Assembly: GCA_031403455.1 (NCBI GenBank)
Contig: JANNTF010000037.1
Location: forward strand, 1 to 27,547
Length of the DNA stretch: 27,547 bases
From: Alphaproteobacteria bacterium
Lineage (GTDB): Bacteria > Pseudomonadota > Alphaproteobacteria > CACIAM-22H2
Direction of reading: 5' to 3'
Positions 1 through 9,249 of the stretch are shown here, in pieces. The notes under the pieces are model-generated. The model searched no databases. It was not told the origin of the DNA and saw nothing but the letters and a program-made list of their open reading frames with translations. The number at the start of each line of letters is the position of its first letter. Within the stretch, counting starts at the first letter, position 1. The position numbers and the translations under genes were made by a program.

Positions 1-689
1 ATCTCGGCGGCCGATCCCTGCTCGACCGCGCGACCGAGATACATGACCAGCATCGTGCCGGCGAGTTGCCGGACCACGTGCAGATTATGCGAGACGAGAA
101 TCAGCGCGAGACGGAACTCGTCACGCAGATCCATCAGCAGATTGAGCACCTGCGACTGGATCGAGACGTCGAGCGCAGACACCGGCTCGTCAGCGACCAG
201 GATGCGCGGCCGAAGGATGAGTGCGCGTGCGATCGCGATGCGCTGGCGCTGGCCGCCCGAGAACATATGCGGGTAGCGCGTCGCCATGTCGGGCGCCAGG
301 CCGACCTTGCGCATGATCTCCTGTGCCGCCTGCGCGCGCGCATCGGCGTCGAGCGCGGTATTGATGCGCAGCGGCTCGGCGATCAGCGCGCCGGCGGTCT
401 TGCGCGGATTCAGCGAGCCATAGGGATCCTGGAACACCATCTGCACGATGCGCGGATTCGCCAGGAGTGGCGCGTCGTCAATCAGCAGCCGGCCGGCACT
501 CGGCCGCTCGAGACCCGAAATCAGTCGCGACAGGGTCGATTTGCCGCACCCGGATTCGCCGACCACGGCCAGCGTCTCGCCGGCGGCGACACGAAAGCTG
601 ACGCCGTCGAGCGCGCGGAGCTGGATCGGCGCGTGGAACGCGTCGCGACGAACGGGATAGGTCTTCGCGAGATCAATGCCCTCGAGCAT
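1..689 (-). CDS. dppF: Dipeptide/oligopeptide ABC transporter ATP-binding subunit (C-terminus runs off the window)
   Basis: Not in the ORF track; translated by hand from ATG at 689: [15 protein letters not shown]...VVGESGCGKST (Walker A)...VFQDPYGSLNPR...FSGGQRQR (signature)...ILVADEPVSALDVSIQ (Walker B)...SHNL. Overlaps the dppD stop by 17 nt. Confidence 0.93.
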   Translation of the reverse strand, partial: MLEGIDLAKTYPVRRDAFHAPIQLRALDGVSFRVAAGETLAVVGESGCGKSTLSRLISGLERPSAGRLLIDDAPLLANPRIVQMVFQDPYGSLNPRKTAGALIAEPLRINTALDADARAQAAQEIMRKVGLAPDMATRYPHMFSGGQRQRIAIARALILRPRILVADEPVSALDVSIQSQVLNLLMDLRDEFRLALILVSHNLHVVRQLAGTMLVMYLGRAVEQGSAAE

Positions 690-1644
690 CGCCTGCTCGC
701 AGCAGCGGGAAGTGGCAGCGAGCACCGGCGCCCATGGCCGGCGGCTCCGCTCGGCAGCGATCCTGGACCTGCGCACAGCGCGGCGCGAAGCGGCATCCAA
801 GCGGCCGCGGGATCAGGCTGGCCACGGCACCGGGGATCATCGCCATCCGGCGACGGCCGAGATTGCGCTCCGGCAAGGCCTCGAGCAGGCCCGCGGTATA
901 GGGATGGACAGGCCGCGCGAGGACGTCCTGGACATCTCCGGCCTCCTGACTCTGTCCGGCATACATCACGAGCATGCGCTCCGCGGTCTCCGCGACCACG
1001 CCGATATCGTGGGTGACGAGAATCAACGCCATGCCCTCGGCGCGGCGCAGCGCGGTGAGAAGATCGAGGATCTGCGCCTGGATCGTCACGTCGAGCGCGG
1101 TCGTGGGTTCGTCGGCCAGCAGCAGCCGCGGCTTGCAGGCGATCGCCATCGCGATCATCACACGCTGATTCATGCCGCCGGAGAGCTGGTGCGGGAACCG
1201 GCGCAAGGTTTCCACGGGATCGGGAATGCCGACGGTCTCGAGCAGTTCGGCCGCGCGCCGTTGCGCCACGGCACCGCTGATGCCCGCATGCTCGCGCAGC
1301 GTCTCGACGATCTGGAAGCCTGTCGTGAAGCACGGATTGAGGCTCGTCATCGGCTCCTGGAAGATCATCGCGATCTCGCCGCCGTTGATCCGCCGGCGCT
1401 CGCGCGGCCCGACCCGGGTGAGATCGATGCCATCAAAGACGAGGCGGTCGGCACGCACGCGCGCCGCCGGCGGCAACAGGCCCATGACTGCGAGGAGCGA
1501 AACGCTCTTCCCGGACCCGGACTCGCCGACGATGCCGAGCGCTTCCCCGGCATCGATGTCGAGATCGAGCCCCTCGACGGCGCGCAGCATGCCGCGGGTC
1601 GTGTCGAACTCGATCGTCAGATTGCGGATCTCGAGGAGCGCCAT
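673..1644 (-). CDS. dppD: Dipeptide ABC transporter ATP-binding subunit
   Basis: MALLEIRNL start; GESGSGKS Walker [35 protein letters not shown]; C-terminal HPYT...GCRFAPRC oligopeptide-ATPase extension. Confidence 0.94.
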   Translation of the reverse strand: MALLEIRNLTIEFDTTRGMLRAVEGLDLDIDAGEALGIVGESGSGKSVSLLAVMGLLPPAARVRADRLVFDGIDLTRVGPRERRRINGGEIAMIFQEPMTSLNPCFTTGFQIVETLREHAGISGAVAQRRAAELLETVGIPDPVETLRRFPHQLSGGMNQRVMIAMAIACKPRLLLADEPTTALDVTIQAQILDLLTALRRAEGMALILVTHDIGVVAETAERMLVMYAGQSQEAGDVQDVLARPVHPYTAGLLEALPERNLGRRRMAMIPGAVASLIPRPLGCRFAPRCAQVQDRCRAEPPAMGAGARCHFPLLRAGDARGH

Positions 1645-1654
1645 TGCCGTCGCC

Positions 1655-2569
1655 TCAGCTGCGCCGCAGCTTGGGATCCAGCGCGTCCCTGAGTCCGTCA
1701 CCGAGCAGGTTGAGCGCGAGCACGACGATCAGGATGGCGAGGCCCGGAAAGGTGACGACCCACCATGCACGCAGCACGAACTCCCGCGCATCGGCGAGCA
1801 TCGTCCCCCATTCCGGCGTCGGTGGCTGCGCCCCGAGCCCGAGAAAGCCGAGCGCCGCCGCCTCCAGAATGGCGCCGGAGAAGCATAACGTGGCCTGAAC
1901 CAGCAACGGCGCCATGCAGTTCGGCAGCACGGTGTCGAACAGCAGGAAGCCCGGGCCGGCGCCGGAGAGCCGCGTCGCCGCCACATAGGTCTTGGACATC
2001 TCGACCATGACCGCGGCACGCGCGATGCGCACGATATGCGGCAGGAAGACGACGGATATCGCGATCACGGCGTTGAGCATGCCGGGTCCGAGAATCGCGA
2101 CCACGATGATCGCGAGCAGCAGGCTCGGCAGCGCCATCAGCACGTCCATCACGCGCGCGATCGCCAGATCGAGAAGCCCGCCGGCGAATCCGGCTGCGGC
2201 GCCGATCACGATGCCGGCGACCAGCGAGAGCGTCACCACGCCGACCGCGATCAGCAGCGAAAATCGCGCGCCATGGATCAGGCGCGACAGCATGTCGCGG
2301 CCGATCGGATCGGTGCCGAGCGGGAATTCCCAGGTGCCGCGCGCCGTCCAGACCGGAGGTTGCAACGCGGCGGCGCGGAACTGCACGTTGGGCGCATGCG
2401 GCGCGATCACATCCGCCAGGATCGCGGCGAGCACGACCAGCGCGAAGACGGCGAGCCCGAGGAGCGCGCCCTTGTGCCCAACGAAGGCGCGGAGGAACAG
2501 GCCGAGGGGAGACTGCGCCGCGCCGACGACAGCCGCGTCGAGCGCGTCGCTCCCGGCGCTAGCGCGCAT
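1655..2569 (-). CDS. dppC: Dipeptide ABC transporter permease
   Basis: QPPVW...PLGTDPIGRDMLSRLIHGAR, EAAALGFLGLGAQPPTPEWGTML, LGDGLRDALDPK. Start placed at ATG 2569, which overlaps the dppB stop (the ORF-track start at 2695 lies inside dppB). Confidence 0.93.
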   Translation of the reverse strand: MRASAGSDALDAAVVGAAQSPLGLFLRAFVGHKGALLGLAVFALVVLAAILADVIAPHAPNVQFRAAALQPPVWTARGTWEFPLGTDPIGRDMLSRLIHGARFSLLIAVGVVTLSLVAGIVIGAAAGFAGGLLDLAIARVMDVLMALPSLLLAIIVVAILGPGMLNAVIAISVVFLPHIVRIARAAVMVEMSKTYVAATRLSGAGPGFLLFDTVLPNCMAPLLVQATLCFSGAILEAAALGFLGLGAQPPTPEWGTMLADAREFVLRAWWVVTFPGLAILIVVLALNLLGDGLRDALDPKLRRS

Positions 2570-3569
2570 AACGAATGCGGGGATTGACGACTCCGTACAG
2601 CACATCGACCAGCAGATTGACGACGACGACCATGAGCGCGAGCAGCAGCACGCCGCCTTGCACGACCGGATAGTCGCGGCGATAGACGCCTTCAAGCAGC
2701 CATTTGCCGACGCCGGGCCAGCTGAAAATCGTCTCCGTCATCACGGCGCCGGTAACCAGCACGCTGACCTGCAACCCGATCACGGTGATCACCGGGATCA
2801 GCGCGTTGCGCAGCGCGTGCACGTTCACAACCCGCCAGGACGAGAGCCCCTTGGCGCGCGCGGTGCGCACATAATCGTCGTTCAGGACCTCGAGCATCGC
2901 CGAGCGAGTCATGCGCGCGATCACGGCCAGCGGATAGGTGGTGAGCACGAGTGCCGGGAGAATCAGATGCCGCACCGCCGATACGAAGGCGCCCGGTTCA
3001 TCGACGAGCAGCGCATCGATGAGCATGAATCCCGTGATCGGCTCGAAATAATACTGCACATCGAGACGCCCGGAGACCGGTGTCCAGCCCAGCGTGCCGG
3101 AGAACAGCAGGATCAACAGCAAGCCCCACCAGAACACCGGCATCGAATAGCCGGAGAGCGCGAGGGTGATGGTGGCGTGATCGACGACCGAGCCGCGCTT
3201 CACGGCGGCGAGGATGCCGGCCGGCAATCCGACGACCAGTGCGATCAGCAGCGCGGTGAGTCCGAGTTCCAGGGTCGCCGGCAGCAGCGTCAGGAATTCC
3301 GTGAGCACCGATTGCGACGTGCCGATCGAGCGCGACAGATCGCCATGCAGAAGGTTCGCGACGTAGGCAAGATATTGCTCATGCAGCGGTCGGTCGAGGC
3401 CGAGCATGGCCATCGCGCGCGCACGGCCGGTCGCGTTCAGGCCCATCTCTCCCATCATCACCACGACCGGATCGCCGGGTATCAGTCGGATCAATGCGAA
3501 CGTGACCAGCGTGATCCCGATCATCGTCGAGACGACGCGCAGCAGGCGACCGACGACGAAGCCGAGCAT
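2559..3569 (-). CDS. dppB: Dipeptide ABC transporter permease
   Basis: LIPGDP, LGLDRPL..QY, PVSGR...TGFMLID (DppB clade), EAA loop RSAMLEVLNDDYVRTARAKGL, RDYPVVQG, NPRIR end. Confidence 0.94.
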   Translation of the reverse strand: MLGFVVGRLLRVVSTMIGITLVTFALIRLIPGDPVVVMMGEMGLNATGRARAMAMLGLDRPLHEQYLAYVANLLHGDLSRSIGTSQSVLTEFLTLLPATLELGLTALLIALVVGLPAGILAAVKRGSVVDHATITLALSGYSMPVFWWGLLLILLFSGTLGWTPVSGRLDVQYYFEPITGFMLIDALLVDEPGAFVSAVRHLILPALVLTTYPLAVIARMTRSAMLEVLNDDYVRTARAKGLSSWRVVNVHALRNALIPVITVIGLQVSVLVTGAVMTETIFSWPGVGKWLLEGVYRRDYPVVQGGVLLLALMVVVVNLLVDVLYGVVNPRIRYAR

Positions 3570-3624
3570 GCGCGTCGCCTAGACTGGCTTGGATGCCGGC
3601 CGGAAACTCATCCCGCGACCGGCA

Positions 3625-4548
3625 TCAGGCGACCTTGGCGCGCGCAGCCGGCGTGCCGACCAGTCCCAGCTCCGACGCGAGCTTCCGAGCTTGTACGATC
3701 TGCTCGGCGTTCAGGAGATCGCCCGGGTTTCGCGTCGACCCGAGCGGCACACCGCGCAGACGGCAGACCTCCTTGATCCAGGCGTAATAGATGGCGGGGG
3801 TGGTCGCCATACGCTGGATCGGGTCGATGCGATCGTTGAGCGCCCGCGCCGCCTTCATGTCCTGCGCGACGCAGGTCAGTCGCCACAGTTCGACCGCGTG
3901 CTCGGGGATCATGTTCGACGGCCCTGCGACCCAGCCGACCGCGCCGAGCGCCATCGACGGAAAGGCGAGCGTATCGACGCCTTCGAAGATGGCGAAGCGG
4001 TCGCCCGCCATCGCGCGCAGCAGCGTGACATGGTCGATCACACCGGTGGTCAGCTTGACCCAGGGGATGTTGGCCCGGTCGGCGATGCGCACGATGTCGG
4101 CCGGGGTCAACAGGACCTGATGCGCATAGGGGGCGTTATAGAGCATGACCGGCGTGTCGACCGCGTCCGACACCGCGGCGTAGTGGCGGACCACCGCGTC
4201 GATCGTCGGTCGACCATAGAAAGTCGGAGTCAACAACAGGCCGTCGGCGCCGAGCGACTTCGCGTGCTTCGCCCACTGCACGGCCCCGCGCGTCGCGGCA
4301 GCGCTGGCGCCGACCAGGACCGGCACGCGGCCACGCGCATGCTCGATCGCCGTCGCCGCGAGTTGCATGCGCTCCGCCTCATCGAGGGAAGCGAACTCGC
4401 TGGTCGCGGCATTGGTGATGATCGCCTGGACGCCGCCGGCGATGACATGGTCGATCAACGCGCGATAGGCGCCAAGATCGATGCGCTCGCCATCCGCGGA
4501 GAACGGCGTCAGCAGCGGGGTCACGATTCCCTGGAGTTTCTTCGGCAT
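3625..4548 (-). CDS. Dihydrodipicolinate synthase (DHDPS/NAL) family class I aldolase/lyase, probably not a true DapA
   Basis: TPLLTPF, MLYN (catalytic Tyr), WVK (Schiff-base Lys), EGVD, GAVGWV. The GTTGE motif is AATSE and the Arg of YNVPxR is absent (YNAPYA). SD-like GAGGA upstream. Confidence 0.88.
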   Translation of the reverse strand: MPKKLQGIVTPLLTPFSADGERIDLGAYRALIDHVIAGGVQAIITNAATSEFASLDEAERMQLAATAIEHARGRVPVLVGASAAATRGAVQWAKHAKSLGADGLLLTPTFYGRPTIDAVVRHYAAVSDAVDTPVMLYNAPYAHQVLLTPADIVRIADRANIPWVKLTTGVIDHVTLLRAMAGDRFAIFEGVDTLAFPSMALGAVGWVAGPSNMIPEHAVELWRLTCVAQDMKAARALNDRIDPIQRMATTPAIYYAWIKEVCRLRGVPLGSTRNPGDLLNAEQIVQARKLASELGLVGTPAARAKVA

Positions 4549-4606
4549 GCGGCGTTCCTCTTCGCATCATCATCGAGCGGCGAGTTCGCCGCCCCGAGTG
4601 GGTGTC

Positions 4607-4636
4607 ACCGTAGGGAGTGCGCGAGGTGTCGGTCAA
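4607..4636 (-). promoter_or_regulatory. Candidate sigma70 promoter for the aldolase-dppBCDF operon
   Basis: Minus strand TTGACC-N18-TACGGT (-35 at 4636-4631, -10 at 4612-4607), about 60 nt upstream of the ATG at 4548. Confidence 0.45.
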
Positions 4637-4878
4637 ACCCTGGAGCGTTCTGCTAATGAAACCGGTCCGCCTCGATCTCTCATGTCACCCCTGCCTTGCG
4701 GGGCCCGGCCAGGTGCCGCCGGCGGCGAGCAAAACCCGCAGATACGAGACACAAACAACGCTCCCGATTGTGTAACATGAATTGACGAAACCCAGCCGCG
4801 CCGGGGGAGCGAGCGGTAGAGTCTTCAGTTGCAAGCGGCGTTGCGAGGCAGCAATGCCGTGGAAGGAGTACCCCCGGC

Positions 4879-6144
4879 GTGGACGACAGCTTCAACACTG
4901 CCGCGATGCAGAAGCCCAAGCGCAGCGCGCTGTTGCGCTGGGTGGTCTGGCTGGCGCTCATCGCCATGATCGCCGGCGCGGCGATCTGGTGGTTTCGTCC
5001 CGTGCGCGAGGCATCGGAAGCGCGGATCGGCCGCTTCCAGGCACCCGGTCCGACACCCGTGGTCGTCGCCACGGTGGAGCGGGGTGCGCTGCCGCTCGTG
5101 GCACGGGCGCTCGGCACGGTGACGCCGCTCGCGACGGTGACGGTGCGCACACAGATCAACGGCCAGATCACCAAGATCGCCTTCCAGGAAGGGCAGCGCG
5201 TCAATCAAGGCGACTTCCTCGCCGAGATCGATTCGCGTCCGTACAAGAATGCGCTCGATCAGGTCGAGGGGCAGCTGCTGCGCGACCAGGCGCTGCTGCG
5301 CAACGCCGAGACGGATCTCGCCAGGTATCGCCGGCTGTTCACGCAAGACTCGATCGCGCGCCAGCAGCTCGACACGCAGGAAAACCTGGTGCGTCAGTAT
5401 CAGGGCACGGTCAAGACCGACGAGGCGCTGGTCAGCAACGCGCGCCTCAACCTCGCCTATTGCCGCATCGTCGCGCCGATCTCGGGCCGCATCGGCCTGC
5501 GTCTCGTGGACCAGGGCAATTACGTCCAGACCGGCGACGCGAGCGGCATCATCGTGATCACGCAGACGCAGCCGATCACGGTGACCTTCACGCTGCCCGA
5601 GGATACGCTGCCGGCGATCCTCAAACGCCTGCGCGAAAACGCGACGCTGCAGGCGACGGCGCTCGATCGTCGCGGCGTGCAGACGCTCGCCACGGGCGCG
5701 CTCACCAGCATCGACAATCAGATCGATCCCGCGACAGGCACGGTCAAGCTGCGCGCGCAGTTCGTCAATGCGGACGAGAGTCTGTTCCCCAATCAATTCG
5801 TGAATATCCGGCTGCTCGTCGACACGCGTCGCGACGTCGTGATCGCGCCGACGGCGGCGATCCAGCGCGGCGTACCGGGCACCTATGTCTACGTTCTTAA
5901 CGCGGATCAGACGGTCGCGGTCAGAGCGGTCGAGCTCGGACCCGCCGATGGCGAACGGACGATCATCGAGTCCGGACTGGATGCGGGCGCGATCGTCGTG
6001 GTCGACGGCGCCGACCGCCTTCGCGAAGGCGTGCGCGTCGCCGTGCCGGATGCGGCGCGCGCGCCCGATGGCGCGGCCCCTGCCGCGCGCGGCCAGGGAC
6101 GCCGCCCAGGCGGCAGCGAGCGCCGCGGCCAGCCGGCGCCCTAG
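4879..6144 (+). CDS. mdtA: RND efflux membrane fusion protein, MdtA/MuxA type
   Basis: N-terminal TM, ALGTVTPLATVTVRTQING, FQEGQRV..GD.LAEID.RPY, IDNQIDPATGTVKLRA, LFPNQFVN, VVDGADRLREG. Start is GTG 4879 or ATG 4906. Confidence 0.92.
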   Translation: MDDSFNTAAMQKPKRSALLRWVVWLALIAMIAGAAIWWFRPVREASEARIGRFQAPGPTPVVVATVERGALPLVARALGTVTPLATVTVRTQINGQITKIAFQEGQRVNQGDFLAEIDSRPYKNALDQVEGQLLRDQALLRNAETDLARYRRLFTQDSIARQQLDTQENLVRQYQGTVKTDEALVSNARLNLAYCRIVAPISGRIGLRLVDQGNYVQTGDASGIIVITQTQPITVTFTLPEDTLPAILKRLRENATLQATALDRRGVQTLATGALTSIDNQIDPATGTVKLRAQFVNADESLFPNQFVNIRLLVDTRRDVVIAPTAAIQRGVPGTYVYVLNADQTVAVRAVELGPADGERTIIESGLDAGAIVVVDGADRLREGVRVAVPDAARAPDGAAPAARGQGRRPGGSERRGQPAP

Positions 6145-6153
6145 GTCGACGGC

Positions 6154-9100
6154 GTGAACATCTCGCGGCTCTTCATTCTCCGACCCGTCGGCACGTCCCT
6201 GCTGATGATCGCGATCCTGCTGATTGGCGCGGTCGCCTACCGCTTCCTGCCGCTCTCCGCCTTGCCCGAGGTGGATTATCCGACGATCCAGGTCCAGACC
6301 TTCTATCCCGGCGCCAGCCCCGAAGTGATGACCTCGGCCATCACCGCGCCGCTCGAGCGACAATTCGGGCAGATGTCCAACCTCGTGCAGATGTCGTTGA
6401 GCAGCTCCGGCGGCGCTTCGGTGATCACCTTGCAGTTCAGCCTCGCGATCAACCTCGACATCGCGGAGCAACAGGTCCAGGCCGCGATCAATGCGGCCGG
6501 CAACTTGCTGCCGGGCGATCTTCCCGCGCCACCGATCTACGCCAAGGTCAATCCCGCCGACGCCCCGATCCTGACGCTGGGCCTGACCTCGGCGACGTTG
6601 CCCCTGACCCAGGTGCAGGACCTCGCCGACACGCGCCTGGCGCAACGCATTTCGCAGCTGCCGGGTGTCGGCCTGGTCAGCATCAGCGGCGGGCAGCGTC
6701 CCGCCGTGCGCATCCAGGCCAATCCGACGGCGCTGGCCGCCTATGGCCTCAATCTCGACGATCTGCGCACCACCATCGCCTCCGCCAACGTCAACACGCC
6801 CAAGGGCAATTTCGACGGGCCCACTCGCGCCTACACGATCAACGCCAACGACCAGCTCAAGAGCCCGCAGGAGTACCGCGATCTCGTCGTCGCGTTTCGC
6901 AACGGGGCGCCCGTGCGCCTCGCCGAGGTGGCGCAGGTCGTGATGGGCGCCGAAAACATGCGCCTCGGCGCCTGGATGAACGAGACGCCCGCGGTGATCC
7001 TCAACGTCCAGCGCCAGCCCGGGGCGAACGTCATCGAGGTCGTCGATACGATCAAGGCCGTGCTCCCCGCCCTGCGCGGTGCGATGCCGGCCGGTATCGA
7101 GATCGCGGTGCTCACGGATCGCACCGTGACCATCCGCGCCTCGGTGCGTGACGTGCAGATCGAGCTCGGGCTCGCCGTCGGCCTCGTGGTGCTCGTGATC
7201 TTCCTGTTCCTGCGCAATGTGCCCGCGACCGTGATCCCCAGCCTCTCGGTGCCGCTGTCGCTGGTAGGCACGTTTGCGGTCATGTATCTGGCCGGCTTCA
7301 GCCTCAACAACCTGTCGCTGATGGCGCTGACCATCGCCACCGGCTTCGTGGTCGACGACGCCATCGTGATGATCGAGAACATCACGCGCCACGTGGAGCG
7401 CGGCGACTCCCCGCGCGACGCCGCCCTCAAGGGTTCGCGCCAGATCGGATTCACGATCGTGTCGCTCACGGCGTCGCTGATCGCGGTGCTGATCCCGCTG
7501 CTCTTCATGCGCGAGGTCGTGGGCCGGTTGTTTCGCGAGTTCGCCGTGACCTTGGCGGTCACGATCCTGATTTCGGCCGTCGTGTCGCTGACCCTCGTCC
7601 CCATGCTGTGCGCGCGCATCCTCCGCCGCCACGATGTGCGGGAGGAAGGCGCGATCGCACGCAGCGGGCGGCTCTGGTTCGATGCGTTGATCCGCTTCTA
7701 CGGCCGCATCCTGACACGCGTGCTCGACCACCAGGTCGCGACGCTGGTCGTTGCCGTGGCCACGCTCGCGCTCAGTGTCGCGCTCTTCGTGATCGTGCCG
7801 AAGGGCTTCTTTCCCGTGCAGGACACCGGCCTCATCCAGGGCGTCTCGGAAGCGCCTCAATCGGTCTCCTTCGCGGCCATGGCCGAGCGTCAGCAGCTCC
7901 TCGCCCGCATCATCCGGCGCGACCCCGATGTGGAGAGCCTGTCCTCCTTCATCGGCGTCGACGGCGCGAACATGACGCCCAATAGCGGCCGCTTCCTGAT
8001 CAATCTGAAGCCCCGGGAGGTGCGCTCGAGCACGGCCAGCGATGTGATCCGGCGCATCGACGCCGCCACGTCGGGCATCCCCGGACTCACGCTCTATCTC
8101 CAGCCGGTACAGGATCTGACGATCGATTCGAAGATCAGCCGCACGCAGTATCAATTCATCCTCGTAGCGCCGAACCCGGCCGAGTTCAGCATCTGGGTGC
8201 CGCGCCTCGTCGAGCGTCTGCGCAACTCGCCCGTGCTCGAGGGCGTCGCGACGAGTCTGCAGGCGGAAGGCCTCGCGCTGGACGTCACCATCGATCGCGA
8301 CACCGCCGCGCGCTACGGCATCACGCCGGCAACCGTCGACAACGCGCTCTACGGCGCGTTCGGACAGCGCATCGTCTCCACGATCTTCACGCAATCGAAC
8401 CAGTATCGCGTGATCCTCGAAGCGGATCCTGTCATGCACGACTCGATCGCCTCGTTGGCGATGATCCATCTGCCGTCTTCCGTCACCAGCGGCAAGCAGG
8501 TCCCGCTCTCCGCGATCGCCACGATCACGCAGCGCACGGCGCCGATGCAGATCGATCACCTCGGTCAGTTCCCATCGACGACCGTATCCTTCAACGTGGC
8601 GCGCGGCGCCTCGCTCGGCGAGGCGGTCGATGCCGTGCGCGATGCGGCACGCGAGATCGGCCTGCCGCCGAGCATCATGACGAGCTTCCAGGGCGCGGCG
8701 CTGGCGTTCCAGGCATCGCTCGTCAACGAGCTGCTGCTGATCCTCGCCGCCATCGTCACGATGTATATCGTTCTCGGCGTGCTCTACGAGAGCTACATCC
8801 ATCCGATCACGATCCTCTCCACGCTGCCCTCGGCGGGCGTCGGCGCGCTGCTCGCCTTGATCCTGGCCGGCAGCGAACTCGACGTCATCGCGTTGATCGG
8901 CATCGTGCTGCTGATCGGCATCGTGAAGAAGAACGCGATCATGATGATCGACTTCGCGCTCAGCGCGCAGCGCGAGGACGGCATGACGCCGCGCGAGGCG
9001 ATCTATCAGGCTTGCCTGCTGCGCTTCCGGCCGATCCTGATGACGACGATGGCGGCGCTGCTCGGCGCGCTTCCGCTGATGCTCGGCGGCGGCACCGGAT

Positions 9101-9249
9101 CCGAGCTGCGTCATCCGCTCGGGCTGACCATCGTCGGCGGGCTGATCGTCAGCCAGGTGCTGACGCTGTTCACGACGCCGGTGATCTACCTCGCTTTCGA
9201 TCGCCTCGCGACGCGGCTGCGTGGCCAGGCGGCCGGCGCCGCGCCATGA
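6154..9249 (+). CDS. mdtB: RND efflux permease, MdtB/MuxB type
   Basis: [65 protein letters not shown] (DD pair), [25 protein letters not shown]. Confidence 0.95.
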   Translation: MNISRLFILRPVGTSLLMIAILLIGAVAYRFLPLSALPEVDYPTIQVQTFYPGASPEVMTSAITAPLERQFGQMSNLVQMSLSSSGGASVITLQFSLAINLDIAEQQVQAAINAAGNLLPGDLPAPPIYAKVNPADAPILTLGLTSATLPLTQVQDLADTRLAQRISQLPGVGLVSISGGQRPAVRIQANPTALAAYGLNLDDLRTTIASANVNTPKGNFDGPTRAYTINANDQLKSPQEYRDLVVAFRNGAPVRLAEVAQVVMGAENMRLGAWMNETPAVILNVQRQPGANVIEVVDTIKAVLPALRGAMPAGIEIAVLTDRTVTIRASVRDVQIELGLAVGLVVLVIFLFLRNVPATVIPSLSVPLSLVGTFAVMYLAGFSLNNLSLMALTIATGFVVDDAIVMIENITRHVERGDSPRDAALKGSRQIGFTIVSLTASLIAVLIPLLFMREVVGRLFREFAVTLAVTILISAVVSLTLVPMLCARILRRHDVREEGAIARSGRLWFDALIRFYGRILTRVLDHQVATLVVAVATLALSVALFVIVPKGFFPVQDTGLIQGVSEAPQSVSFAAMAERQQLLARIIRRDPDVESLSSFIGVDGANMTPNSGRFLINLKPREVRSSTASDVIRRIDAATSGIPGLTLYLQPVQDLTIDSKISRTQYQFILVAPNPAEFSIWVPRLVERLRNSPVLEGVATSLQAEGLALDVTIDRDTAARYGITPATVDNALYGAFGQRIVSTIFTQSNQYRVILEADPVMHDSIASLAMIHLPSSVTSGKQVPLSAIATITQRTAPMQIDHLGQFPSTTVSFNVARGASLGEAVDAVRDAAREIGLPPSIMTSFQGAALAFQASLVNELLLILAAIVTMYIVLGVLYESYIHPITILSTLPSAGVGALLALILAGSELDVIALIGIVLLIGIVKKNAIMMIDFALSAQREDGMTPREAIYQACLLRFRPILMTTMAALLGALPLMLGGGTGSELRHPLGLTIVGGLIVSQVLTLFTTPVIYLAFDRLATRLRGQAAGAAP

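Noticed and set aside
66-3776. Long plus-strand ORFs 66..1016, 676..1692 and 1992..3776
   Set aside because: Antisense shadows of dppF/D/C/B.
4768-4822. TTGACG at 4782 as the mdtA -35, and TGTAAC/TTGACG as OmpR-type direct repeats
   Set aside because: No -10 at 16-18 nt from TTGACG and the repeats are too degenerate to support a call.
4825-9114. 1429-aa minus-strand ORF
   Set aside because: Antisense shadow of mdtA/mdtB caused by high-GC codon bias; no recognisable motifs, and the composition is that of reverse-complement codons.
9012-9245. N-terminal extension of mdtC in the ORF track
   Set aside because: Overlaps the mdtB C-terminus; the real start is the ATGA overlap at 9246.
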